Both the position numbers and the translations under genes were made by a program. Under the pieces are notes generated by a model, which had not been told where the DNA came from, made no database searches, and saw only the letters and a program-made list of their open reading frames with translations. Positions 8,036 through 15,533 of a stretch of DNA of 24,000 nucleotides are shown here, in pieces. The DNA is taken from NCBI GenBank assembly GCA_034428935.1, contig DAOUHB010000015.1, positions 14,147 to 38,146 of the forward strand. The letters run 5' to 3'. This stretch comes from Anaerolineae bacterium. GTDB taxonomy: Bacteria; Chloroflexota; Anaerolineae; JAAYZQ01. Numbering within the stretch: position 1 is the stretch's first letter; each line of letters opens with the position of its first letter.

Positions 8036-8268
8036 CTGCGAATCATCTCCTTCCCCACCCTGGGCCATAAATCTGGCGAACGGCGGCCGCGCGCTGCCAG
8101 GACTCGGCACATGAGCTTGACATAAACGTACTGCCGCGGCATCATTCTCCCACGTCCACTGCTTGCCCCTCGGGCAGATTGCGCTGCCCCCGGCCAGACG
8201 CGGCCTTGACAACCAACTCAGCCGGGGCCAACATCTCGCCCAGGGCATGATAGACTTGCCGGCATCCC

Positions 8269-8297
8269 TTGTCGGCCCCCAAAAACTGTGCTACAAT
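8269..8297 (+). promoter_or_regulatory. Sigma70-type promoter with extended -10
   Basis: TTGTCG (8269-8274), N17, TGc + TACAAT (8292-8297). It points into the decayed DUF3795/acyltransferase locus. Confidence 0.5.
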
Positions 8298-8339
8298 GGC
8301 GCTGGTTGCTATCTTCTTGTCTGGCAAGGGAAACGGAGC

Positions 8340-8408
8340 GTGGAGGGGATTCTGACGCGGTGTGGTTACCGGTGTGACCTGTGCCTGGCCTGGCGATGGA
8401 GAACATAA
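8340..8408 (+). pseudogene. Truncated DUF3795-like N-terminal stub (22 codons)
   Basis: GTG 8340 gives '(M)EGILTRCGYRCDLCLAWRWRT*'. The CGxxCxxC start resembles the N-terminus of DUF3795 proteins (compare the intact copy at 13845). The frame then breaks, and the downstream sequence stays open only in other frames. Confidence 0.3.
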
Positions 8409-8436
8409 TGGCGAAAGATAAGGGCTTTACGCCAGT

Positions 8437-8751
8437 GTGTCCCGCAGCCCCCACATGCACAAGAAAGGACTGGGCACCGTAGCCATGTCGTCCGTGGGCA
8501 TGTTCGGCGGGCCGGGCCGTGGAAGCGTGGGCGGCTGGGGCATCCCCGTCAGCCACCACACCCTGGCCGTCACCCTGGGCGGCATCGGCTGCAGGCAGGT
8601 CCTGGTCGACGCCGGCCCGCAGGACCGCGAGTTCCTATGCGTGACGATTAGCGTCGACCACGCCATCGTCGATGGCGCCCCGGCGGCTCGCTTTGCCGCC
8701 CGGTTCCGCGAGCTGCTGGAGAGTGCCTACGGCCTGGAAGACGATGTGTGA
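8437..8751 (+). pseudogene. C-terminal fragment of a 2-oxoacid dehydrogenase E2-type (CAT-fold) acyltransferase catalytic domain
   Basis: 'GTVAMSSVGMFGG...PVSHHTLAVTLGGI...CVTISVDHAIVDGAPAARFAARFRELLE' matches the last ~100 aa of the E2 catalytic domain, including the DHxxxDG active-site motif. The frame opens only at 8422 (TAA at 8419-8421), so the N-terminal ~130 aa of the domain are missing. Confidence 0.5.
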
Positions 8752-8882
8752 GCAGTGCTTCCAGAATATTCGACCCTTGTACAGGACTATTGAGGAACTG
8801 ATGAAACTAGACCTTCCCCTGGATGCTACAGCGCCCAGGGACGCGCCCCGGTCGCAGGCACAAGTCGGAGGGCCAGCGCAGC

Positions 8883-9680
8883 ATGGACAGGGTCCAGTCA
8901 GCAAATAGATCGCCCTATCTCTTTTTCCTGTTGGTGTTCCTGCTATCCGTCCCATTCTGGATTTTGATCTTTTGGGGGGAACGGTTCCTGCCGGATGTGC
9001 CCGCTAACCTACCCATCACCGCCCCCATGGTCCTCATCCCCATGATCGCGGCCGCCATCCTGGTCTACCGGGAGAGCGGCAGGGAAGGAGTGAAGGCCCT
9101 GCTCAGGAGGGCCTTTGACTGGAAAAAGATCCCGCCGGCCTGGTACCTGCCCATCTTTTTGCTGCTGCCGCTCATCATGGTCCTGTCGTACACCTGGCTG
9201 AGGCTGGCGGGAAGCCCCCTCCCTGACCCCGAGATCCCCCTCCTGATGGTGCCGGTTTACCTCCTCATGTTCACCGCAGCGGGCATCGGCGAGGAGCTGG
9301 GCTGGATGGGCTACGCCTTCGATCCGCTGGAGGAGCGGTGGCGCGCGCTGGGAGCTGCCCTCATCGTCGGCATCGTGTGGCAGTTGTGGCACCTCCTGCC
9401 CGACATCCAGGCAGGCGAGAGCGCGTCGTGGATCTTCTGGCAGCGCGTCTCTTCGGTTGCCCTCAGGGTGCTCATCGCCTGGGTGTACATAAACACCGGC
9501 AGGAGCGTGTTCGCGGCCATTGCCTTTCACGCCGTGTCCAACGTCGGGGTCTACCTTTTTCCCAACTATGGCTCGCACTATGACCCCTTTACCGCCGGCG
9601 TGCTTATCATCGTTGTCGCCGTAGTCGTCGTGTTCCTGTGGGGGCCCAGGACGCTGGCCCGGCTCCGGTTGGCGACGTGA
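8883..9680 (+). CDS. CPBP-family intramembrane glutamic endopeptidase (CAAX protease / Abi-like)
   Basis: ATG 8883 follows GGAGGG (8868-8873); track ATG 8823 has no SD. The protein is polytopic, with motif 1 'GIGEELGWMGY', motif 2 'WQLWHL' and motif 3 'AFHAVSN'. Confidence 0.8.
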   Translation: MDRVQSANRSPYLFFLLVFLLSVPFWILIFWGERFLPDVPANLPITAPMVLIPMIAAAILVYRESGREGVKALLRRAFDWKKIPPAWYLPIFLLLPLIMVLSYTWLRLAGSPLPDPEIPLLMVPVYLLMFTAAGIGEELGWMGYAFDPLEERWRALGAALIVGIVWQLWHLLPDIQAGESASWIFWQRVSSVALRVLIAWVYINTGRSVFAAIAFHAVSNVGVYLFPNYGSHYDPFTAGVLIIVVAVVVVFLWGPRTLARLRLAT

Positions 9681-9723
9681 AGCAGGGCACCCCGTCCGAA
9701 ATCATTGGTACAGGAGATAGAGC

Positions 9724-10275
9724 ATGGAAGCAGAGGAAGGGATGCACATCAACACGCCGCGTGGGTCGGTGATCATCCGTCCTGGCCTGGAAGGGGACGC
9801 GCCAGCCTATCGAGATCTGCGCCTGGAGGCGCTGCACAATCATCCGGAGGCGTTCTCTTCGGACTATGAGAAGTACACTGCCATGCCCATGAGCTACTGG
9901 GTCCAACGGCTGCGATTTGACCATCCCGACAACGAGGTGATGATGTACTTTGCCGCCCACGGCGAGGAATTGCTGGGCATGTGCGGCGTCGCCTATTCGC
10001 GGGCGCGTAAGTCGCGCCACAGTGCCTACCTGGTGAGCATGTACGTCCGGCCCGATTGGCGCGGCCTGGGCGTTGCCGACGGGCTCATCGCCGCCTGCCG
10101 CGATTGGGCGCGAGCACGAGAGATCACGATCCTCAAGCTGGGGGTGGCTTCGGCGAACGTGCCCGCCATCCTCTGCTACGTCCGCTCCGGCTTTCAGGTG
10201 TACGGCCTCGAGCCCCAGGCCATCTATCACGACGGTGTCTATTACGACGAGCTCTTGATGGCCCGCAGCCCATAG
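9724..10275 (+). CDS. GNAT-family N-acetyltransferase
   Basis: AGGAG (9712-9716) lies 7 nt upstream of the ATG. Acetyl-CoA motif A: 'YVRPDWRGLGVADGLIAACRDWA'. C-terminal 'YVRSGFQVYG'. Confidence 0.85.
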   Translation: MEAEEGMHINTPRGSVIIRPGLEGDAPAYRDLRLEALHNHPEAFSSDYEKYTAMPMSYWVQRLRFDHPDNEVMMYFAAHGEELLGMCGVAYSRARKSRHSAYLVSMYVRPDWRGLGVADGLIAACRDWARAREITILKLGVASANVPAILCYVRSGFQVYGLEPQAIYHDGVYYDELLMARSP

Positions 10276-10384
10276 GCTCGCCCGGGCACGCCTGGGACCA
10301 TCCGCCAGCCGGCCTCCTATTGTCACATCGTTGGGCCTGCCTGCTCTTGCTCCGGCTCGGGCTACTTGGACATGATGCCATCCT

Positions 10385-10413
10385 TTGACAAATGCCGCGT
10401 TTGATGGCACAAT
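10385..10413 (+). promoter_or_regulatory. Sigma70-type promoter with extended -10, upstream of the eRF1-like gene
   Basis: TTGACA (10385-10390), N17, TGg + CACAAT (10408-10413). The predicted transcription start near 10420 leaves a ~220-nt leader. Confidence 0.6.
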
Positions 10414-10641
10414 GAGTGCGTGGGCGGCGTTGCCCCATCTCAAGCTCGATTTCGCGAGCGTCCTCGCCATATGCCCTGACAATGTTGTTCCCCGGGACAC
10501 CGATCAGGTCGCGAACCAAGAGCATCGATCCTACCGGCGCCAGCCGGCAGGCGGCGACGTGTCGCGCGATCTTGGCTTCCTGTTCGCTGGCTGGGTCCGG
10601 TGTTGGCGGTCGAATCACCCTTTTGTACGGGAGGTACCAGT

Positions 10642-11799
10642 ATGGACATTCTGACCCTGGACGACTTTGGCGCTCTCGAGGCCCAGGATGCCAGCCCCTG
10701 CGTCTCGATCTTTATGCCCACCCATCGCGCCGGCCGGGAGACCCAGCAGGACCCGCTTCGCCTCAAGAACCTGCTGGGAGAGGCGGAAGCGCGGCTGATC
10801 GACGCCGGCCTGCGCTCCCCCGTGGCGCGGGAGGTGTTGGAACCTGCCCAGGCGCTCCTGGACGAATCCGCCTTTTGGCGGCACGCGAGCGACGGCCTGG
10901 CGTTGTTTGCCGCGCCGGGGGAGTTTCACACCTATCGCCTGCCCCTCGACCTGGAAGAACTGCTCGTCGTCGCCCCACGCTTTCACCTGAAGCCGCTGTT
11001 GCCGTTTTTCGCCGGCGACGGCCACTTTTTCATCCTGGCCCTCAGCCAGGACCACGTCCGCCTGCTGGAAGGCACCCGCCACGGCGTGGACGAGATCGAG
11101 CTGGAAGGAGTCCCCACCAGCATGGCCGAGTCCCTGCCCCACGATGACCTGCAAGCGCACCTCCAGTTCCAGACCCGCACGGGGATGGCGCAGGAGGGGG
11201 GCGATCGGGCAGCCGGTTTTCACGGCCACGATCCCGACGACGAGGCCAAGAACCGCATCCTCCGCTACTTTCAGCGTCTCGACGAGGGCCTTCAGGAGGT
11301 GCTGCGCAACGAGCGGTCACCCCTGGTGCTGGCCGGCGTAGACTATCTCCTGCCCATTTACCGGGAGGCGAACAGCTATCGCCACCTGGTGGACGACGAG
11401 GGGATCACGGGCAACCCTGAGGAGATGAGGGCCGAGGAGCTTCACACACCGGCGTGGGAGATTGTGGAGCCCCGCTTTGCCGCCGCCCAGCGCCAGGCGC
11501 GGGACGCCTATGCCCAGGTGGCAGGCACCGGGCGGACATCCACCCGCGTGGGAGAGGTCGTGCCGGCGGCTCACTACGGCCGCGTGGACGTGCTGTGGGT
11601 GTCCCTGAATAGCCAGGTGTGGGGGCGCTTCGACCCGGAGACCGGGAACATCCAGAGGCGCGAGGAGCCGGAAGCCGGAGACGAGGACCTGCTGGACCTG
11701 GCTGCCCTGCGGACCCTGTCGAATGGCGGCACGGTTTATGCCGTAGACACGGCCGGGGTGCCCGGCGGCGGGCCGCTGGCGGCCCTCTTGCGCTATTGA
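10642..11799 (+). CDS. Bacterial archaeo-eukaryotic release-factor-like (baeRF-type, eRF1/Pelota superfamily) protein
   Basis: ATG 10642 follows GGGAGG (10629-10634). The N-terminus 'PCVSIFMPTHRAGRETQQDPLRLKNLLGEAEARL' is, as I recall it, the signature of baeRF3-like proteins. The C-terminus 'LLDLAALRTLSNGGTVYAV' resembles eRF1 domain 3. No GGQ motif is present. The family call is from memory only. Confidence 0.6.
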   Translation: MDILTLDDFGALEAQDASPCVSIFMPTHRAGRETQQDPLRLKNLLGEAEARLIDAGLRSPVAREVLEPAQALLDESAFWRHASDGLALFAAPGEFHTYRLPLDLEELLVVAPRFHLKPLLPFFAGDGHFFILALSQDHVRLLEGTRHGVDEIELEGVPTSMAESLPHDDLQAHLQFQTRTGMAQEGGDRAAGFHGHDPDDEAKNRILRYFQRLDEGLQEVLRNERSPLVLAGVDYLLPIYREANSYRHLVDDEGITGNPEEMRAEELHTPAWEIVEPRFAAAQRQARDAYAQVAGTGRTSTRVGEVVPAAHYGRVDVLWVSLNSQVWGRFDPETGNIQRREEPEAGDEDLLDLAALRTLSNGGTVYAVDTAGVPGGGPLAALLRY

Positions 11800-11908
11800 C
11801 CGAGGTCCCGGGTAACTCTAACCAGCGGACAAGTCGTGGGTGACACCCACCGCAGCCCTGGCCCCGCTGCCGTTGGCCACGGCCGCGATCCACGAAGGAC
11901 AGTAGAAC

Positions 11909-13687
11909 ATGACGCCACAAATTGCCCTCACCCTGGCCATTATCGGCGTGGCGGTGGTGCTCTTTGCCACGGAAAAGCTGCGCGTCGACGTGATCGCCCT
12001 CCTGGTTCTCGTGGCCCTGTTCCTCGGGGGCCTGGTCAGCCCTGGCGAAATGTTTGCCGGCTTTGCCAGCCCCGCGGTCGTGACCGTGTGGGCCGTCTAT
12101 ATCGTGTCCGGCGCCCTGTTCAAGACCGGCGTCGCCGACTTTTTAGGAGAGCGCATTATCAGCCTCGCGGGTACCAGCGAGCCGCGGCTCATCGCCATTA
12201 TCATGCTCACCTGCGGCGTCATGTCGGCCTTTATGAACAACATCGGGGCCACGGCTGTTTTGCTCCCGGCCGTGGTGGGCGTTTCGCGCAAGGCCAACGT
12301 GCCGCTGTCGCGGCTGCTCATCCCCCTGTCGTTCTCGTCGCTCCTGGGCGGCAACATGACCCTCATCGGCACGCCGCCCAACGTCCTCGCCGCCGGCCTG
12401 CTGGCCGATCAAGGGCTGCCCGGTTTCGGATTCTTTGACTTCCTGCCGACGGGCGCCATCGTCTTTGGCGCCGGCATCCTCTACATGGTGCTTGCCGGCC
12501 GGCACCTTATCCCTGTGCGGCAGCCGGTGGAGGAGGTACAGGCGGCGGCCATGCGGGAATACGTCAGCGAGGTCCGGGTGTCGACGGATGGCACGCTTGC
12601 GGGCCAGACCCTGCGTGAATCCCGCCTCGGGGCGGAATATGACCTGACGGTCATCGGCATCCTTCGGGACGACGTGATGCTGAGCATGCTCAATCCTGAG
12701 ACACGCCTGGAGCCCGGCGACCTCCTTCTTCTGGAGGGCACAGTAGAGGGGTTGATGCGCGCCCGTGGCGCCCTTGGACTGGAAATCGAGGCCGAGCGCA
12801 AATGGGCCCTGGACGACCTGGAGTCCGGCGATGCCCACGTCGTGGAGGCTACCCTGGCCCCCCGCTCGCACATGGTGGGCCGCACCCTACGGAACACGCA
12901 CTTTCGGGATCGCTACGGCTTCACAGCCCTGGCCATCTGGCGCCAGGGCGAGGTCATCACCCAGCGCCTGCGCGACGTGCGGCTGCGGTTCGGCGACGCC
13001 TTGCTGTTATGGGGGCCACGCCACCGCCTGCCCGGGCTCCAGGAAGATGGCGATTTCCTGGTCCTGGAGCCCGTCAAGATGGAAACGCGCCGCCAGCACA
13101 AGGCGCCCATCGCCGTTGGGGCCATGGCCCTCGTCCTGATCCTGGCAACCCTGGCAGACCTGCCCATCGCCACGGCCATGGTCATCGGCGCGGTGGTGAC
13201 GGTGCTGGGCGGGTGCCTCACCATGGACGAGGCCTACCAGAGCATCGAATGGCGCAGCGTGTTCTTGATCGCCGGCATGCTGCCCCTGGGTACGGCCATG
13301 GAGACGACCGGCACCGCCCGCTTCCTGGCCGATCTGCTCGTGGGCCTCCTGGGCAGCATTGGCCCGTTGGCCATCCTGGCGGGCATCTATATCCTGGCCG
13401 GCCTGATCACCGAGCCCATGTCCAATGCCGCGGCCACGGTGTTGATGGTCCCCATCGCCATCGACATCGCCCTGGGCCTGGGCGCCAATCCCCAGCCCTT
13501 TGTCCTGGCGACGGTCATCGGCGCTTCGACCAGTTTTCTCACTCCCGTAGGCCACCAGGCCAACGTCCTGGTGCTCGGACCCGGTGGCTACCGTTTTTTC
13601 GATTACACCCGCGTCGGAAGCCTTCTCAACCTGGTCATCCTGGCCGTCACGTTGGTCTTCTTGCCGCTCATCTGGCCGCTGTTCTAG
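11909..13687 (+). CDS. SLC13/DASS-family anion permease with two central TrkA-C (RCK C-terminal) domains
   Basis: Hydrophobic N- and C-terminal halves ('MSAFMNNIGATAVLLP', 'EPMSNAAATVLMVPIA') flank two TrkA-C-like units ('VRVSTDGTLAGQTLRES...LEPGDLLLLEG' and 'VEATLAPRSHMVGRTLRN...LRFGDALLLWG'). Confidence 0.85.
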   Translation: MTPQIALTLAIIGVAVVLFATEKLRVDVIALLVLVALFLGGLVSPGEMFAGFASPAVVTVWAVYIVSGALFKTGVADFLGERIISLAGTSEPRLIAIIMLTCGVMSAFMNNIGATAVLLPAVVGVSRKANVPLSRLLIPLSFSSLLGGNMTLIGTPPNVLAAGLLADQGLPGFGFFDFLPTGAIVFGAGILYMVLAGRHLIPVRQPVEEVQAAAMREYVSEVRVSTDGTLAGQTLRESRLGAEYDLTVIGILRDDVMLSMLNPETRLEPGDLLLLEGTVEGLMRARGALGLEIEAERKWALDDLESGDAHVVEATLAPRSHMVGRTLRNTHFRDRYGFTALAIWRQGEVITQRLRDVRLRFGDALLLWGPRHRLPGLQEDGDFLVLEPVKMETRRQHKAPIAVGAMALVLILATLADLPIATAMVIGAVVTVLGGCLTMDEAYQSIEWRSVFLIAGMLPLGTAMETTGTARFLADLLVGLLGSIGPLAILAGIYILAGLITEPMSNAAATVLMVPIAIDIALGLGANPQPFVLATVIGASTSFLTPVGHQANVLVLGPGGYRFFDYTRVGSLLNLVILAVTLVFLPLIWPLF

Positions 13688-13750
13688 AGCGCGCCAGGGC
13701 CCTCGCGCCGTTTGCGGGGGCCTGCGGCGCCATTTCCGGGCCCCGGCCGT

Positions 13751-13779
13751 TTGACTTTTCTGCGTCCCTATTCTAGAAT
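13751..13779 (+). promoter_or_regulatory. Sigma70-type promoter for the DUF3795/TIGR04076 pair
   Basis: TTGACT (13751-13756), N17, TAGAAT (13774-13779). Confidence 0.6.
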
Positions 13780-13844
13780 CTCCTTGCCCGGCTGCAAGCC
13801 GATGCTATGACGGACAACGTAGTGTGCCATGCAAGGGGGGTGAA

Positions 13845-14228
13845 ATGGACACCGGTTGGTTGGCCGCTTGCGGTTTGGATTGTGGACCGTGCGAGATCCG
13901 GCTGGCGCCGGCCGACGAGGCCGCCGCGCGGGTCGTCGTCGACTGGTTCCGGAGCCAGGGGTGGCTGGCCGAGGGCGAGGGGATGGCCCAGGTTCTCGAG
14001 CGCAAGATGTACTGCACCGGATGCCTGGGCAGTCGCGAGACCCATTGGTCGGCCGACTGCTGGATCTTGACCTGTTGCGTCGACGAGCGGGGTCGTGACA
14101 ACTGCGCCCAGTGCGAGCAATTCCCCTGCCCTCGCCTGGTGGACTGGGCGGGGCAAAACGAGGGTTATGGCGCCGCCCTGGCCCGCTTGCAGCGGTTGCA
14201 CGCCGGGTCCGGCATGCCGCCCGCCTGA
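13845..14228 (+). CDS. DUF3795-family Cys-rich protein
   Basis: ATG 13845 follows AAGGGGGG (13832-13839); track ATG 13824 lacks an SD. 'CGLDCGPCE...CTGCLG...CWILTCC...CAQCEQFPC' matches the DUF3795 cysteine pattern. Confidence 0.7.
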   Translation: MDTGWLAACGLDCGPCEIRLAPADEAAARVVVDWFRSQGWLAEGEGMAQVLERKMYCTGCLGSRETHWSADCWILTCCVDERGRDNCAQCEQFPCPRLVDWAGQNEGYGAALARLQRLHAGSGMPPA

Positions 14229-14311
14229 TCGAACCTCGATCCAGGGTCAAGAAAGATGGGCCAGGAGCAACCGACGGCTCGCTGGCCGGCGTTCACAAGG
14301 GAGGTAGAAAG

Positions 14312-14623
14312 ATGCCACCGCCGAGGTATGCCATCGAAGTCGAGGTTGTAGAAGGGGCACAGGCCCGGTGCCACCAGTTGGGAGATAGGTTCCAGTATCC
14401 CGCCGACATGGGCCGGATCTGTCCCTGGCTCAGGGACAGCCTGGGCGGCATGCTCCGCGTGCTCGAATGCGGCGGCACGCTGCCGTGGACCTATGCCGGG
14501 ACGTCCTACGCGAAGGAGATCGACCCGGAGGGAATCACCACCGAGTTCGTGCGCTGCCCGGACCCAACCGAGGCGGGCATCGTGGTCAAGATCACCCGGG
14601 CCAGGCTGCCCGACCGGGCGTGA
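14312..14623 (+). CDS. TIGR04076-family small Cys-containing protein
   Basis: ATG 14312 follows AAGGGAGGT (14298-14306); track start 14111 overlaps the previous gene. 'CHQLGDRF...ICPWLRDSLGGMLRVLECGGTLPW...VRCPDP...VVKITR' fits the TIGR04076 pattern as I recall it. Confidence 0.7.
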   Translation: MPPPRYAIEVEVVEGAQARCHQLGDRFQYPADMGRICPWLRDSLGGMLRVLECGGTLPWTYAGTSYAKEIDPEGITTEFVRCPDPTEAGIVVKITRARLPDRA

Positions 14624-14795
14624 AGGCCGCCCACATTTGCCGGGGGCGGAGACAACCGGTAGGGATGCTGTAAGATGGCTTGACAATCTACGCGCGCTCC
14701 GGCGGCAGATCCCGCTGCTTTCTGGCGATCCGCCAGGAGCCTTGAAGGCCAGAATGTCGACTTGGCCGCAGCCGTACGAGCACCCGCCATCAAGG

Positions 14796-14824
14796 TTGAC
14801 TTCTTTCGGGTTCTGCTGTATACT
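14796..14824 (+). promoter_or_regulatory. Sigma70-type promoter
   Basis: TTGACT (14796-14801), exactly 17 nt, TATACT (14819-14824). No CDS begins for ~230 nt downstream. Confidence 0.65.
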
Positions 14825-14830
14825 GCAAGA

Positions 14831-15061
14831 GGTCTTGTAGGATCGCTCCTGGCTTTGGACAGGAGTGTCTTCATCGAGGTTTCAACGCTGCAGCCACAAG
14901 TGGGGGAGGGCCGTACGCCCGGCTATTCGCCTCCGCACGAGTTAGCCCACAGGCTCCTCGCCGGCGTGTGAGGAGTTGGGGACTCTCTGACCGGCCTTTG
15001 GCCGCGGAGCAAGGAGAGTCATCGGATTGGGAATCTCGACGCGTCCTTCAAGGAGGAGAAC
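14831..15061 (+). promoter_or_regulatory. Long structured 5' leader (candidate cis-regulatory RNA) of the small membrane-peptide gene
   Basis: Several local hairpins:
- CTCCTG/CAGGAG near 14847-14868.
- GGAGG...CCTCC enclosing GGGC-CGTAC-GCCC near 14904-14936.
- CTCCTC/GAGGAG near 14954-14975.
- GACTCTC...GAGAGTC enclosing GGCC-TTT-GGCC near 14981-15020.
I matched it to no known riboswitch consensus. Confidence 0.35.
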
Positions 15062-15232
15062 ATGAGACTGAATGCGCCAAGGCAGGTGACCTGGATCATT
15101 GCCTTGATCCTGGGGATTCTGGGGCTTATTGGAGCGGTGGTGACCATTGCGGTTCTCACCGACCTTGCCTTCTGGCTCGTGCTCGTGGGGCTGGCGCTCA
15201 TGCTGCTGGCCACGCTGTTAGAGGGCTTGTAG
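15062..15232 (+). CDS. Small hydrophobic protein, 56 aa, two predicted TM helices (not in the ORF track, <60 aa)
   Basis: AAGGAGGAG (15050-15058) lies 3 nt before ATG 15062. Translation: MRLNAPRQVTWIIALILGILGLIGAVVTIAVLTDLAFWLVLVGLALMLLATLLEGL*. It is followed by the 15330-15356 terminator. Confidence 0.55.
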   Translation: MRLNAPRQVTWIIALILGILGLIGAVVTIAVLTDLAFWLVLVGLALMLLATLLEGL

Positions 15233-15329
15233 CCCTAACTCCGCATCCGTCTCGCCGACGGACCGAGGGCGCAGCCGGCAGTCGTGTGGTCGGCTCCGCG
15301 CAGGCTGTCGTCTGCGCCTGCACACAGAA

Positions 15330-15356
15330 GGCTCCCGCTGGTTGGCGGGAGCCTTT
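15330..15356. terminator. Bidirectional intrinsic terminator hairpin
   Basis: GGCTCCCGC (15330-15338), loop TGGTTG, GCGGGAGCC (15345-15353), then TTT on the + strand. On the minus strand the hairpin is followed by TTCTGTGTG. It sits between the convergent small-peptide gene and the tRNA operon. Confidence 0.6.
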
Positions 15357-15362
15357 GATCAG

Positions 15363-15436
15363 TACCCTCGGAGCGATTCGAACGCTCGGCCTTCTCCTCC
15401 GCAGGGAGACGCTCTAATCCACTGAGCTACGAGGGC
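15363..15436 (-). tRNA. tRNA-Arg (anticodon GCG)
   Basis: The reverse complement folds as a 74-nt cloverleaf: GCCCTCG-TA-GCTC-AGTGGATTA-GAGC-G-TCTCC-CTGCGGA-GGAGA-AGGCC-GAGCG-TTCGAAT-CGCTC-CGAGGGT-A. Features: U33, anticodon GCG, G37, A20, a G1-U72 pair, and no encoded CCA. Confidence 0.85.
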
Positions 15437-15443
15437 TCGCAGG

Positions 15444-15533
15444 CGGGGAGGCAGGGATTCGAACCCTGGGTGGAGCTTTTAACCCCACAACCACTTAGCA
15501 GGCGGCCCCGATCGTCCACTCCGGCACCTCCCC
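15444..15533 (-). tRNA. tRNA-Ser (anticodon GCT), class II with a long variable arm
   Basis: Reverse complement: GGGGAGG...GCCGC-CTGCTAA-GTGGT-(long variable arm TGTGGGGTTAAAAGCTCCACC)-CAGGG-TTCGAAT-CCCTG-CCTCCCC-G. Length 90 nt. CCA is not fully encoded. Confidence 0.9.

Noticed and set aside
5198-8125. Very long ORFs antisense to real genes: 5198..8125(+), 20655..23561(+), 17459..20113(-), 2651..4423(-), 15691..17136(+), 1238..1933(-), 21805..23520(-).
   Set aside because: Their translations are low-complexity and rich in Arg, Gly, Pro, His and Asp, with no recognisable motifs. The opposite strand encodes clearly recognisable proteins (permease, ILEI membrane protein, metzincin, iPGM, SerRS). 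This is the typical stop-codon-poor antisense frame of GC-rich DNA.
8116-8235. Two extra TTGACA boxes (8116-8121 and 8205-8210) as independent promoters or an sRNA locus.
   Set aside because: Their -10 hexamers at 17-nt spacing are weak (CATCAT, CAACAT), and no terminator or conserved structure follows. They are mentioned only as part of the decayed-locus finding.
8142-8327. A 61-aa minus-strand ORF in the permease/CPBP intergenic region.
   Set aside because: It has a non-ATG start (TTG) with no SD, runs against three plus-oriented promoter-like elements, and has no recognisable motif.
10133-10618. A minus-strand ORF whose N-terminal part ('AKIARHVAACRLAPVGSMLLVRDLIGVPGNNIV') faintly resembles the C-terminal end of a PIN-domain (VapC) toxin.
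   Set aside because: Only ~35 residues are similar. There is no room for the N-terminal ~90 aa of a PIN domain, because that space is occupied by the eRF1-like gene on the other strand. The ORF runs 140 nt into the GNAT gene and starts at a GTG with no SD. At most it is an ancient remnant, so it is not reported as a feature.
14968-15417. The 149-aa + strand track ORF spanning the small-peptide gene and running into tRNA-Arg.
   Set aside because: It has no SD and a non-protein-like composition, crosses a terminator hairpin and overlaps a tRNA gene. The SD-preceded 56-aa ORF in another frame explains the locus better.
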